NCBI GenBank assembly: GCA_963735805.1
Contig: CAVTMK010000002.1
Location: forward strand, 64,001 to 128,000
Reading direction: 5' to 3'
DNA length: 64,000 nt
From: an uncultured Verrucomicrobiae bacterium
GTDB taxonomy: Bacteria > Verrucomicrobiota > Verrucomicrobiia > Chthoniobacterales > UBA10450
A program made the position numbers and the translations under genes. Below the pieces are notes generated by a model. That model saw nothing but the letters and a program-made list of their open reading frames with translations, was not told where the DNA came from and ran no database searches. Of this stretch, positions 39,259 to 48,918 are shown one piece after another. Position 1 is the first letter of the stretch. Every line of letters starts with the position of its first letter.

Positions 39259-39867
39259 ATGACTAAAAGATTCTTTGCTCTTTTCCTCGCAATTATTCTC
39301 GCCACTGTTTGCGCTATCCAGGCTCAATCGCCCAGCCCGGCTGAATCGCCTGCAAAGCATCGCGGGCATAAGAAAGCTGAAGCCACAGCGTCAGCCAGCG
39401 AAACCGCTGCGTCACCTGCCCCTGGCGAGTCGCCTGCCGGTGCACCAAAAGCGAAGCGCAGTCACAAAAAGGCGGAGACTGGCACGGCAGCCAGCCCGGC
39501 TGAATCGCCTGCTGCGTCGCCCGCAGCTTCACCCAAGGCCAAAGGCGGTCGGAAAAAAGTGGCGGCAGCAACGAGCCCCTCACCGTCACCTGCCAAATTC
39601 TCCCTTGGTGATTTGTTTAAGCCGAAAAGTTCAGCGGCAGCGAGTCCGGCTGCAGTCAGCAGTGTCTCTACAAAGAAGGCAGGAGCGGCAGCGGCAGCTA
39701 ACCCGCCAGCACCTGGCGGAGGCCACGGTCTGGTGTGGGTTAACACAGACTCGCATGTTTTCCACAGGGAGGGATCGCGCTTTTACGGCACAACCAAGAA
39801 GGGCAAGTACATGACTGAGGCCGAGGCGCTCAAGGAAGGAGCCAGGGCTGCTGGCAAGGGCGAATAA
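39259..39867 (+). CDS. Exported Ala/Ser/Pro/Lys-rich protein with small C-terminal domain
   Basis: Signal peptide; SPAESPA repeats; VWVNT.S.VFH..GSRFYG.TK.GKYMTEAEA. Confidence 0.82.
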   Translation: MTKRFFALFLAIILATVCAIQAQSPSPAESPAKHRGHKKAEATASASETAASPAPGESPAGAPKAKRSHKKAETGTAASPAESPAASPAASPKAKGGRKKVAAATSPSPSPAKFSLGDLFKPKSSAAASPAAVSSVSTKKAGAAAAANPPAPGGGHGLVWVNTDSHVFHREGSRFYGTTKKGKYMTEAEALKEGARAAGKGE

Positions 39868-39887
39868 ATCGGAGAAGTCAGCTGGAT

Positions 39888-39912
39888 CCGGCCCAACTCA
39901 GGCTTGGGCCGG
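39888..39912. terminator. Hairpin between convergent genes
   Basis: CCGGCCCAA-N7-TTGGGCCGG. Confidence 0.5.
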
Positions 39913-39954
39913 TGATAGTTGCGGTGCAAGCTATTCTCGCGCAGCCCTCGACGC

Positions 39955-40323
39955 TCATTGCTCCGTCAAACTTTGCAGAGCGTCAGCCAATGTTTCGAAG
40001 GTTGTGATTCCGACCTCGGGGCCATAATGGAATTGTGACAGAATGTTGAGACCAATATCTTTGTGTGGGTCAGGAATGACTCGGGTCACGGAGGCAACCC
40101 CTTTTTCAGTAAGCGCGTCCATGATCTCTGCAATGTAACGCGCTGCTGTCGAGTCCATTGATTCCAGCCAGCGAAAATCTGCGAGAACCTGGAAGCCCGG
40201 TGTAACGTCACCCAAAATGTCGCGCAATTGTTGCGCAGTCCGTTTTGCTTCTTCCGCGGTGACGTGTTGCACGGCACTAATCACCACCAGACGTTTCGAC
40301 CGATCGATCTCAACGGAATACAT
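39955..40323 (-). CDS. Hypothetical protein (STAS/SpoIIAA-like alpha/beta fold suspected)
   Basis: Protein-like 122-aa ORF, VLADFR..ESMD, F.TL.DA. Confidence 0.65.
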   Translation of the reverse strand: MYSVEIDRSKRLVVISAVQHVTAEEAKRTAQQLRDILGDVTPGFQVLADFRWLESMDSTAARYIAEIMDALTEKGVASVTRVIPDPHKDIGLNILSQFHYGPEVGITTFETLADALQSLTEQ

Positions 40324-40410
40324 CCTTGGTGATCAATCTACGATCTACACCAGGAATGTCATTCGTAGAGATGGGGTTGCCTTCGCTCTTTTCGCTTCTT
40401 TATTTCTGTC

Positions 40411-40626
40411 GTGAGCGCGACAGATATCACTGTTTGGGTCGTTTCTGTCCTTCTCGCGCTTGGTATCGGCTGTGGCAAGTACGCGAAATGGAAAACGCGG
40501 AACAAACTCGTGCGCGAGTTAGCCGCCATGGAACCCGAACGCCGGGAAAAAGTTCTAAGCCGTATGAGTCCCGAACTCGCGATGGAAGCCCGGCAGGAAT
40601 TAATGCGGCGATTTCACATGAGCTGA
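40411..40626 (+). CDS. Small membrane-anchored hypothetical protein
   Basis: N-terminal TM helix plus charged helical tail. Confidence 0.55.
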   Translation: MSATDITVWVVSVLLALGIGCGKYAKWKTRNKLVRELAAMEPERREKVLSRMSPELAMEARQELMRRFHMS

Positions 40627-40648
40627 GTTTTCGCTCTTAGTTTCGCCT

Positions 40649-41047
40649 ATGTCCTCTGCGCGTTTCGAAATGATTACTACGGTCCAGTCAGATGATATCG
40701 ACGAGCAAAATCACGTGAACAACACCGTTTACCTTCGGTGGGTCCAGGAGGTTGCCACAGCCCATTGGCGAGCCCTGGCCAGCCCGGAAGCACAGGAGGC
40801 CATTGGCTGGGTGGTGTTGCGACATGAGATTGACTACAAAACACCAGCCACGCTCGGCGAAGAGATTGTGCTTCGAACCTGGGTCGGCAAAGCTACTCGT
40901 CTGACTTTTGAGCGATTTACAGAAATCCGATGCAATGGTGATGGCCGACTATTGTCAACGGCTCGGACTCTTTGGTGTCCGATCAGTGCACAAACCGGTC
41001 GACCGGTCCGCGTACCAGCGGATGTGCGCGTACGGTTCTCGACCTGA
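40649..41047 (+). CDS. Acyl-CoA thioesterase (4HBT/YbgC-like)
   Basis: DIDEQNHVNNTVYLRW, HEIDYK.P. Confidence 0.88.
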   Translation: MSSARFEMITTVQSDDIDEQNHVNNTVYLRWVQEVATAHWRALASPEAQEAIGWVVLRHEIDYKTPATLGEEIVLRTWVGKATRLTFERFTEIRCNGDGRLLSTARTLWCPISAQTGRPVRVPADVRVRFST

Positions 41048-41077
41048 ATTGGATTTGAAGGAGTTGATCCTTAAGCG

Positions 41078-42265
41078 TTGAGCGTTGAGCGTTGGACGTT
41101 GGAAGCTCGATCCCCTGATTCACGCCCGGTCGTCGCTTGTTATTGCGCGACATTTCTGAAGCCAGAGATGTTGCATATCTATCGGCAAATCACAGCCCTG
41201 GAGCGATGCATTCCTGTTGTGATCGCGCAGAAACGCGAACAAGACGATCGCTATCCATTTGAGCGAATCCACATCGTTCCCAAACCGGCGACGCATTTCT
41301 TGCGGCGTTTTTGGTTCAGGCAATTGCGTGACGCACCGTGGCAGATTTCGAATGGAGAACTGTGCGCATTGCAGCGCATTCTAAGCGAGATCAATGCTCG
41401 TCTGTTGCATATTTACTTTGGGCAGATTGCTGTCCATCTTCTGCCGCTGATTCGCTCTTGGAAGAAACCGTCCATCGTTTCATTTCATGGGGCCGATGTG
41501 ACAGTTGATATGCACAGGCCGGCGTATCGCGAAGCCACACAGCAAATGCTTAACGCGGTCAACCTGGTCCTGGTTCGTTCCGAATCGCTGCGGCGCGCAA
41601 TTATTGGACTTGGCTGCGACGAGAAAAAGATCGAGATCCAGCGAACCGGCATTCCGCTGGATAAGTTTCCCTTTCGCGAACGGCGCTTTCCACAAGACGG
41701 AAAATGGCGATTCGCCCAGGCCGGCCGGTTAATCGAAAAGAAAGGTTTGCCAGTTACGCTGCGCGCCTTCGCAGTTTTTCTGCGTCAATATCCCAATGCG
41801 AATCTTACGATCGCTGGGGAAGGACCGTTACTGGGCCACCTTCAAGAATTATCGCGCGAACTAAATATCGACGGTCATGTTTCGTTCACGGGTTTCATTT
41901 CGCAGGAACAACTCCGCGAAATCTATTATACGTCGCATGTTTTTTTACATCCCAGCCAGACTGGGCGTGACGGAAATCAGGAAGGCATTCCAAACTCGAT
42001 ATTGGAAGCAATGGCCAGCGGCCTTCCGGTGTTAGCTACCAGGCATGGAGGCATTCCCGAAGCAATCGAGGACCGCGTGTCTGGCCTACTCGTGCCCGAG
42101 GGTGACCATGAAAAATTGACTGCTGCGCTTCTTGATGCAGCGAAAAATCCCGAATTCCTTTCGCGGATCGCGCGCAATGGTGCCGAGACCGTTCGAAGAA
42201 ATTTCGATCTACGCGCGCAAGCACGGCGACTGGAAGAGATCTATCTGCGAATGATACAAATGTAG
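41078..42265 (+). CDS. Glycosyltransferase family 4 (start uncertain)
   Basis: SFHGAD, GRLIEKKG, EGIPNSILEAMASGLPV..TRHGGIPE. Confidence 0.92.
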   Translation: MSVERWTLEARSPDSRPVVACYCATFLKPEMLHIYRQITALERCIPVVIAQKREQDDRYPFERIHIVPKPATHFLRRFWFRQLRDAPWQISNGELCALQRILSEINARLLHIYFGQIAVHLLPLIRSWKKPSIVSFHGADVTVDMHRPAYREATQQMLNAVNLVLVRSESLRRAIIGLGCDEKKIEIQRTGIPLDKFPFRERRFPQDGKWRFAQAGRLIEKKGLPVTLRAFAVFLRQYPNANLTIAGEGPLLGHLQELSRELNIDGHVSFTGFISQEQLREIYYTSHVFLHPSQTGRDGNQEGIPNSILEAMASGLPVLATRHGGIPEAIEDRVSGLLVPEGDHEKLTAALLDAAKNPEFLSRIARNGAETVRRNFDLRAQARRLEEIYLRMIQM

Positions 42266-42365
42266 GTCCGATTTGTCTGGAGTGCTGAGATCGCGCGCTC
42301 CTTGCAAAGGTTTTGGTGTATTGATGCGACTGGACTTATCCTGCCACGCGAAATAGAGATCTAAT

Positions 42366-42917
42366 ATGAACTCGTTCCAAACTTTATTGATTGCGCTGAT
42401 TTTCTTCCTGGTCGGCGGCTTCGCTGCGCGGGCTCAAACGCCGGAAGCAAAATCGTCCACCCCGTTGAAAGCCGTCGCGGTGCTTCAACCTACCGCAGGC
42501 AACAAGGTGAGCGGCACTGTTACATTCACCAAAGCAGCCGATGGGGTACAAGTTCGGGCGGAGATCACCGGCCTGACTCCTGGCAACCATGGTTTTCATG
42601 TTCACGAGTTCGGCGATTGCAGCGCAGCCGATGCGAGTTCGGCGGGCGCTCACTTCAATCCGACCCACAAACCGCATGCGGGACCTGAGGTACCTGAACG
42701 GCATGTGGGCGATATGGGAAACATCCAGGCGGATGCGTCGGGCAAGGCGAAGCTGGACTACGTGGATCATCAAATCTCGCTCACGAACGACGAACGCTCG
42801 GTGATTGGGCGTTCTGTCGTAGTTCACGCGAAGGCGGACGATCTCAAATCCCAGCCTTCTGGCGACTCCGGCGCCCGAGTTGCCTGTGGCGCGATTGGCT
42901 TGGCAAAAAGCCAATGA
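42366..42917 (+). CDS. sodC: Cu/Zn superoxide dismutase
   Basis: Signal peptide; HGFHVHE, HFNP, RHVGDMGN, VVH, ARVACG. Confidence 0.94.
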   Translation: MNSFQTLLIALIFFLVGGFAARAQTPEAKSSTPLKAVAVLQPTAGNKVSGTVTFTKAADGVQVRAEITGLTPGNHGFHVHEFGDCSAADASSAGAHFNPTHKPHAGPEVPERHVGDMGNIQADASGKAKLDYVDHQISLTNDERSVIGRSVVVHAKADDLKSQPSGDSGARVACGAIGLAKSQ

Positions 42918-43049
42918 TCGCAGATCGAAGAGACTGTTCATCCCAAGCCGCTTAGCACACGCAATCCCGGTAATTTTTTGTGAAATCTCTTTGCTCGACA
43001 GCACGGATTTCATCTGATCAAATTGGAAAAATCACTGCTGTCCACGCCT

Positions 43050-43448
43050 ATGCCACGAATACCCAAAACTGAATTGTCGCCGGATAACGGCTGCGTCATC
43101 GACATGAAATGGCAAATTGGTCCGCTGAGTTATCACGCTTCTGCGGCCGGGAAAGAGCCCGTACCGCTCGTGACGCAATCGACTCGTCTGCCGGAAATCG
43201 TGCTTTACGATCACGTTGGATTCAAAGGTGCCTACGCCCGCACCAACTTGAGTTTCCATTACGTCGGCGACTTTTGGAACGACCGCATCAGTTGTCTGAT
43301 CGTGGTGAGCGGCGTATGGCGATTTTATCGCGACGATTATTACAAAGGTCCATATTGGGATCTCGGCCCAGGCTATTACGAAAGCTTCTTTGCCGCAAAA
43401 GGCCCTGACGACGTCGTCAGCTCCTTTCAGTGTATCGCGCTGACGTAG
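43050..43448 (+). CDS. Beta/gamma-crystallin domain protein
   Basis: LYDHVGFKG, WNDRISCL.V..G.W..Y.D..YKG, DVVSSF Greek-key motifs. Confidence 0.8.
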   Translation: MPRIPKTELSPDNGCVIDMKWQIGPLSYHASAAGKEPVPLVTQSTRLPEIVLYDHVGFKGAYARTNLSFHYVGDFWNDRISCLIVVSGVWRFYRDDYYKGPYWDLGPGYYESFFAAKGPDDVVSSFQCIALT

Positions 43449-43568
43449 CCAGGGGCGGATTAGACCCGCTCTGTTCCGCTTGAAGTACATACGGTAAAGG
43501 TTTCGACTTGCAGCCATGCGCGCCTTCCGACGCAGACGCCGGTCTTGTGTCTCGCTAGAAGAAGAGAG

Positions 43569-44525
43569 CTAACCAGACGCTCTGCTGAGCCGAAGAATTT
43601 CTGCGGCACAGCCCCACGACAGCGTGAAGCCGGAACCGCCGTGACCGTAGTTATGGACGACAGCGCGGCCGTCGCGCAACCGAGCGCCCTCGACCCGCAC
43701 GCCTGATGTGCGAAATGGACGCAGCCCAACGCGCTCGACGAGCACATTCGGTTTCTCAATTTTCAACGCCCCGCTGCACTCCGCGACGATTCGAGCGGTT
43801 GCTTTGTAGTCAACCGCAAGATCGTCGCTGAGATCGTTTGTGCCTCCAAAGACGCAATCGTTCCTGCGCGGGATTGCGTACATGATCGGGGCGTCATCAC
43901 AAACGACGGCGTACGGAAGAGCTTTGATCCTCGGAACGATCGCGACCTGGCCGCGATGCGACTCAAGATCGGCATCGTGGACGAGTTCGCGAGCGCCGAT
44001 TCCGGCGCAGTTAATCACAAGATCGAATTTTGGATCGACGTCTTCGAGTTTTGCGAAATGTAAATTTTCCGTAATTGTGCCGCCTGCGCTGCGAAATCGG
44101 TTTGCGAGGTAATCGAGATAAATGGTTGTGTCCATCAGCGGAACGTTGATGGCAAAGCCGCTGATGAATTCGCGGGATTCCTCGACTTCGCTCGGAATGA
44201 CGGGATGCGCCCCCAACGGGCGCGCCCAATCTGGAATCTGAATTTCTTTAGTGCGCGAAAATTGGCGCAGCTCGATCATGGAAACGCCGCTCTCCGGACT
44301 GCCAGCAAGATCGATAGCTGCCTGGAAGGTCTTGAGCGCCCACGGGATAACTTTGTCCGCGGGTTCCACATCGTAAGGGAACCAGAGCGCCGCAGCGGCC
44401 GCCGAAGTTGTTTGCTGGCCAATTTCTTTGGCGAAGATCGCGACGCGATGCCCGCGCTCGACGAAAACGACGCCGCAGGTGAGACCGGAGACGCCCGCCC
44501 CGACGATTGCCACCTGATGAGTCAT
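43569..44525 (-). CDS. FAD-dependent D-amino acid oxidase family protein
   Basis: VGAGVSG, TTS.AA.A.W, INCAGIGA, RGQ, VGLRP, HNYGHGGSG. Confidence 0.92.
   Translation of the reverse strand: MTHQVAIVGAGVSGLTCGVVFVERGHRVAIFAKEIGQQTTSAAAAALWFPYDVEPADKVIPWALKTFQAAIDLAGSPESGVSMIELRQFSRTKEIQIPDWARPLGAHPVIPSEVEESREFISGFAINVPLMDTTIYLDYLANRFRSAGGTITENLHFAKLEDVDPKFDLVINCAGIGARELVHDADLESHRGQVAIVPRIKALPYAVVCDDAPIMYAIPRRNDCVFGGTNDLSDDLAVDYKATARIVAECSGALKIEKPNVLVERVGLRPFRTSGVRVEGARLRDGRAVVHNYGHGGSGFTLSWGCAAEILRLSRASG
44176..44201 (-). repeat. REP-like repeat inserted in frame in CDS
   Basis: Reverse complement GTCATTCCGAGCGAAGTCGAGGAATC is identical to 36709-36734; encodes VIPSEVEES. Confidence 0.88.
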
Positions 44526-44575
44526 CGGAATCATCTACGTGCAATGAGCCGCGGCGTCATATAAAATGCCGGGCA

Positions 44576-45667
44576 ATGGTTTCTTTAAACCGAGATGGAC
44601 TGACGGAGAAGGTGCTCGCGAGCGAACGAATTTCGATGGATGAAGCGCTCGAATTATACCGTCGCCCTCTGGAAGAATTGGGCGCGCTGGCGAATGCCAG
44701 GCGCGATTTGGCAAAGACGAAAAGCTACGACGGACACGGACACGAGATCGTCACCTACATTGTCGATCGAAACATCAATTACACGAATGTCTGCAATGTT
44801 TACTGCAAGTTCTGCGCGTTTTACCGAACGGAAAAAGAGGAAGATCATTACGTGCTTTCATTCGAGCAGATCGATCAGAAACTCGACGAACTTTCTTCCG
44901 TCGGGGGTGTTCAAATCCTGATGCAAGGCGGGCATCATCCGAAGTTGCCGTTCCAATGGTATATCGATCTCTTGCATCACATCCGCGAAAAATATCCGCA
45001 TATCAATATTCATGGATTCAGTCCCCCGGAGTTTCAGCATTTTGCGGAGACCTTCGGAATGCCGTTAAGCGAAGTAATTTCGGAATTCAGGAAGGCCGGG
45101 CTCGGATCAATTCCGGGCGGTGGCGGAGAAATTCTGGTGGACCGGGTGCGAAAGAAAATTTCGCCATTGAAGATTAACAGCGATCAATGGTTGGAGGTGA
45201 TGCAAACAGCGCACGAACTCGGATTGAAATCCAGCGCGACGATGATGTTTGGACATGTGGAAACCATTGAAGACCGGGTGGAGCATTTACGCCGCATCCG
45301 TGATCAACAGGACCGTAGCGGTGGATTTACTGCGTTCATCTGCTGGACATTTCAGCCGCAGCATACCGTCCTGAAGATCAAACATCCGACAGGCGTGGCG
45401 GAGTATTTGCGGATGCAGGCACTCGCCCGGATTTTTTTGGACAACATCGATAATGTGCAAAGCTCCTGGGTAACGCAGGGTCCGGAGATTGGCCAGATCG
45501 CGCTCAGATACGGCGCGAACGATTTTGGATCGGTGATGATGGAAGAGAACGTCGTCAGCAGCGCGGGAACAACATTTCGATTAGATGCCGGGCAAATTGA
45601 ATCGCTTATTCGTGAGGCAGGTTACGACCCCCGTCGGCGAAATAACTGGTATGAACTTTTGAATTGA
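44576..45667 (+). CDS. mqnC: Cyclic dehypoxanthinyl futalosine synthase (radical SAM)
   Basis: DRNINYTNVC.VYCKFCAF, QGG.HP, SIPGGGGEIL, ATMMFGH, GANDFGS.MMEENVV. Confidence 0.9.
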   Translation: MVSLNRDGLTEKVLASERISMDEALELYRRPLEELGALANARRDLAKTKSYDGHGHEIVTYIVDRNINYTNVCNVYCKFCAFYRTEKEEDHYVLSFEQIDQKLDELSSVGGVQILMQGGHHPKLPFQWYIDLLHHIREKYPHINIHGFSPPEFQHFAETFGMPLSEVISEFRKAGLGSIPGGGGEILVDRVRKKISPLKINSDQWLEVMQTAHELGLKSSATMMFGHVETIEDRVEHLRRIRDQQDRSGGFTAFICWTFQPQHTVLKIKHPTGVAEYLRMQALARIFLDNIDNVQSSWVTQGPEIGQIALRYGANDFGSVMMEENVVSSAGTTFRLDAGQIESLIREAGYDPRRRNNWYELLN

Positions 45668-45796
45668 ACCAACCCGCGCCGATGTCTAAACCAATTGCTG
45701 CCGTGAAAACTCACCTTGACGACTGACGCCTTCTTTCCGATATAGCCGCCTGTCCTGCGTGGGCTCGCTTACGCGGGGCCGCGCGCTTCTTAACCT

Positions 45797-48133
45797 ATGA
45801 GATATTTTTCTGGATGGATGCGCCCCCCGCCATTTGTAATCTGGGCCGCTTCGATTTGCGCGCTGCTCGGCGCCACGATGGCCCGCGCGCAGGCACCTCA
45901 GGGGGCGCCCCCGGCACCTCCCATCATCCGCTCAATTGATGTCGAATACACGGGGCCCGGCACCGTTAGCAAGGAACGAATTCTTGCGCAAATGCGGACC
46001 AGGGTGGGCCAGCCATATTCCAATGAGATAGTCGAGGACGACATCGCAGCGCTCTACAAGACTGGCGCGATTCAAAACGTTCGCATTTTTGCCCAGCCGC
46101 AAGGGGACGGAGTGAAAGTGATCGTCGCGGTGCAGACCCGTTCGATCCTCCGCGAAATCGTGATTGATGGAGCCGAGCGGGTAAAACCGCAGAGGTTGCG
46201 CAAAGAAATTAAATTGAAACTCAATCAGCCGGTTGACGAACAGCAGCTAGAACAGGCACGCCAGAAAATCATCGAGGTCTATCAGGGACGCGGCTATAAC
46301 GACGTCAGCGTTCAATTTCGAATAGATCCAATCGATGAGAAACGCGGAACGGCACGCGTTGTTTACACTATCACCGAAGGAGCGAGAGGGGCGGTCAGCC
46401 GGATTGAGTTCGAGGGAAATCAGCACATCAGCGCAAAAGTGCTACGCAAACAGATGAAGACGCGCGGCAGAACCCTCATCTATTTCATGGATAAGTCAGG
46501 GCGCCTGGACGAGGCCCAGTTGCAACAGGATCTCGACAAAGTCCGCGAATATTACCAGGACCACGGCTACATCGATGTCGAAATCAAAGACGTGCGCAGG
46601 GAACGCAAAGAGAAGGGTCCAATGATTCTCACCGTCGTGATTGCTGAAGGGCCGCAGTATCACGTTCGCAACCTGACCGTTACAGGTTTCCACGTTGCAA
46701 GGGAGGATAAGATTCGCGGTCTGCTAAAAATGAAGCAAGGCAGCGTCTATTCGCCGAAACAGCTACGGGATGACGCGAAGGCGATAGCCGATGCTTACGG
46801 CAGCGGTGGTTATGTCGATCTCGTGGTCCAGCCGGAAGGCGCGCCAGCCGGCCCTGCTTTGATCGATGTCCATTATAATATCGAGGAGGGCGTTCGATCG
46901 TTCGTAAATCGGGTTAACATCGAAGGCAATACACGCACCAAGGATAAGGTCATCCGACGCGAAGTGCTCGTTGCGCCCGGGGACGTATTTAACACGGTAC
47001 GGGTGGACATCACCAAAAAACGCCTGGAGAACCTGGGTTATTTCGCGAAAGTTGAAACTTATCCGGAGGATACCGACATCCCCGGACGCAAGGACCTCAC
47101 CATCCTGGTCCAGGAAAAACGGACCGGGTCGCTTAGCTTTGGCGGGGGATACAGCACAGTCGATCAGTTGGTTGGGTTCGCCGAACTGACCCAGGGCAAT
47201 TTCGATATCTTTAACTGGCCTTCTTTCACCGGGGGAGGCCAGAAATTCAGGCTGCGCATTCAATACGGCACGGAGCGGAAAGACATGGTCCTTCAAATAA
47301 CTGAGCCGTACTTTCTCGATCGACGACTGTCGTTGAGCTTTCAGGCATTCTATACGGAGGCAAATTACTTGAGTGCCCAGTATGACCAGCGCAATTACGG
47401 GTTCTCGTTTGAGTTGCGCAAGCCGATCAATAGCTTCACGTATGCGAGCCTCGGGTACATGCTTCAGGACGTAGACATTTTCAATGTGGATCCCAGCGCC
47501 GGTGATTTTATTTTGTCACAACAAGGCTCGACTGTGGAGAGCAAGATCTTTAGCAGCGTGGTATATGATACACGCGACAATCCACTGCTCTCCCGCAAGG
47601 GACAGCGCATTACCTTTTCACCTATGATAGCGGGGGGTTTTCTTGGAGGCGATACCCAGATTTACGGCATCGACTTGGAGGGATCGCAATACTTTCATCT
47701 GCCCTGGGACACCATCCTGCTGATCAATGGTGAAGTCTCGACCGTAAGCCAATGGGGCAGTGAAGGCGACGTGCCGATTTTCGAACGTCTTTTTCTCGGC
47801 GGCGCAAATAATCTTCGCGGATTTCCGTTTCGCGAGGTTGGTCCGCAAGACGAGAACGGCGAACCGGTCGGCGGAAAATCAATGTGGCGCACGACGATTG
47901 AATGGACTTTCCCGATCATCGAAAAGGCCAGAGGCGCAGTTTTTTACGACACTGGTTTTGTTAACACCAGCGAATGGTCGTTCGGTTTCAATCATATCGC
48001 CTCCGACATTGGTGTCGGACTCCGGCTCGATTTGCCGATCGGCCCGCTACGGCTCGATTATGGCTATCCGATACAGCGTGACGGATACAACGGCGGTGGG
48101 CATTTCAACTTCAGCGTAGGCTATCAATTTTGA
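45797..48133 (+). CDS. bamA: Outer membrane protein assembly factor BamA
   Basis: POTRA repeats, GNTRTKDKVIRRE, LRGF, GPLRLDYG, terminal Phe. Confidence 0.95.
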   Translation: MRYFSGWMRPPPFVIWAASICALLGATMARAQAPQGAPPAPPIIRSIDVEYTGPGTVSKERILAQMRTRVGQPYSNEIVEDDIAALYKTGAIQNVRIFAQPQGDGVKVIVAVQTRSILREIVIDGAERVKPQRLRKEIKLKLNQPVDEQQLEQARQKIIEVYQGRGYNDVSVQFRIDPIDEKRGTARVVYTITEGARGAVSRIEFEGNQHISAKVLRKQMKTRGRTLIYFMDKSGRLDEAQLQQDLDKVREYYQDHGYIDVEIKDVRRERKEKGPMILTVVIAEGPQYHVRNLTVTGFHVAREDKIRGLLKMKQGSVYSPKQLRDDAKAIADAYGSGGYVDLVVQPEGAPAGPALIDVHYNIEEGVRSFVNRVNIEGNTRTKDKVIRREVLVAPGDVFNTVRVDITKKRLENLGYFAKVETYPEDTDIPGRKDLTILVQEKRTGSLSFGGGYSTVDQLVGFAELTQGNFDIFNWPSFTGGGQKFRLRIQYGTERKDMVLQITEPYFLDRRLSLSFQAFYTEANYLSAQYDQRNYGFSFELRKPINSFTYASLGYMLQDVDIFNVDPSAGDFILSQQGSTVESKIFSSVVYDTRDNPLLSRKGQRITFSPMIAGGFLGGDTQIYGIDLEGSQYFHLPWDTILLINGEVSTVSQWGSEGDVPIFERLFLGGANNLRGFPFREVGPQDENGEPVGGKSMWRTTIEWTFPIIEKARGAVFYDTGFVNTSEWSFGFNHIASDIGVGLRLDLPIGPLRLDYGYPIQRDGYNGGGHFNFSVGYQF

Positions 48134-48188
48134 ACGAATATATGTGGTTGCAGTCTAACGCGATTCCAAGCACTGTATCCTCCATTTT

Positions 48189-48821
48189 ATGAAAAACTCT
48201 CTATCCATAATCTCTGCGCTGACGCTCCTATTTCCGATCGGTGCCTTCGCTCAAGGCACACTAAAAATCGGAACGGTTGATATGCAGCGCGCGTTTAAGG
48301 AATACAACAAGACCAAGGAAGCCGAATCAAAAATCAATGATGCTAAAAATTCCGCCAAGAAAGAGTACGATGATCGAGCGGAGGCATACAAAAAGGCGCT
48401 GGACGAAATCAATAATCTGAACAAGCAGCTCGAGTCAGCGGCCCTGAGCGCGGACAAGAAGACGCAAACCGCGAAGGAGCGGGACGACAAGATTGCCAAC
48501 ATCAAAAACATGGAGCGAGAGATCAGCGATTTCCGTCAAACCCGCGAGCGCCAATTACAAGAACAGTTGATGCGGATGCGAGAGGGAATCGTAAAGGAAA
48601 TCACCGATGTGGTGATGGAGAAAGTTAAAGCCAACAATCTGGATCTGGTTTTCGACAAGTCCGGTATGAGCATAAACGGTGTCCCCGTCCTGATGTACTC
48701 ACACGACAACATTGATTTTACGAACGACGTCATCGCAGTGCTCAACAGACCAGGCCGGGCTCCGAGCTCGACGGCGAAAGCAAATCCATCCGCCGCTCCG
48801 TCAAGACCCGCGAAGCCCTAA
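48189..48821 (+). CDS. skp: OmpH/Skp periplasmic chaperone
   Basis: Signal peptide, KIGTVDM, long coiled coil, DLVFDK, DFT..V; follows bamA. Confidence 0.9.
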   Translation: MKNSLSIISALTLLFPIGAFAQGTLKIGTVDMQRAFKEYNKTKEAESKINDAKNSAKKEYDDRAEAYKKALDEINNLNKQLESAALSADKKTQTAKERDDKIANIKNMEREISDFRQTRERQLQEQLMRMREGIVKEITDVVMEKVKANNLDLVFDKSGMSINGVPVLMYSHDNIDFTNDVIAVLNRPGRAPSSTAKANPSAAPSRPAKP

Positions 48822-48842
48822 TATTTACATTCGACAATTTGG

Positions 48843-48878
48843 AAATACACGCGAGCTAAACTCGCGTGTATTTTTTTT
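48843..48878 (+). terminator. Intrinsic terminator
   Basis: AAATACACGCGAG-CTAAA-CTCGCGTGTATTT followed by a T run. Confidence 0.85.
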
Positions 48879-48918
48879 CGTACGAATGAAAAGCAGCGAT
48901 CGATACAAAACGGAAACA

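Noticed and set aside
39335..39520. Direct repeat GCCCGGCTGAATCGCCTGC
   Set aside because: Explained by SPAESPA low-complexity protein repeats
44576..45667. Radical SAM enzyme as RiPP maturase
   Set aside because: Motifs match MqnC/CofH-type menaquinone enzymes; no RRE or SPASM domain; 13 kb from the peptide locus
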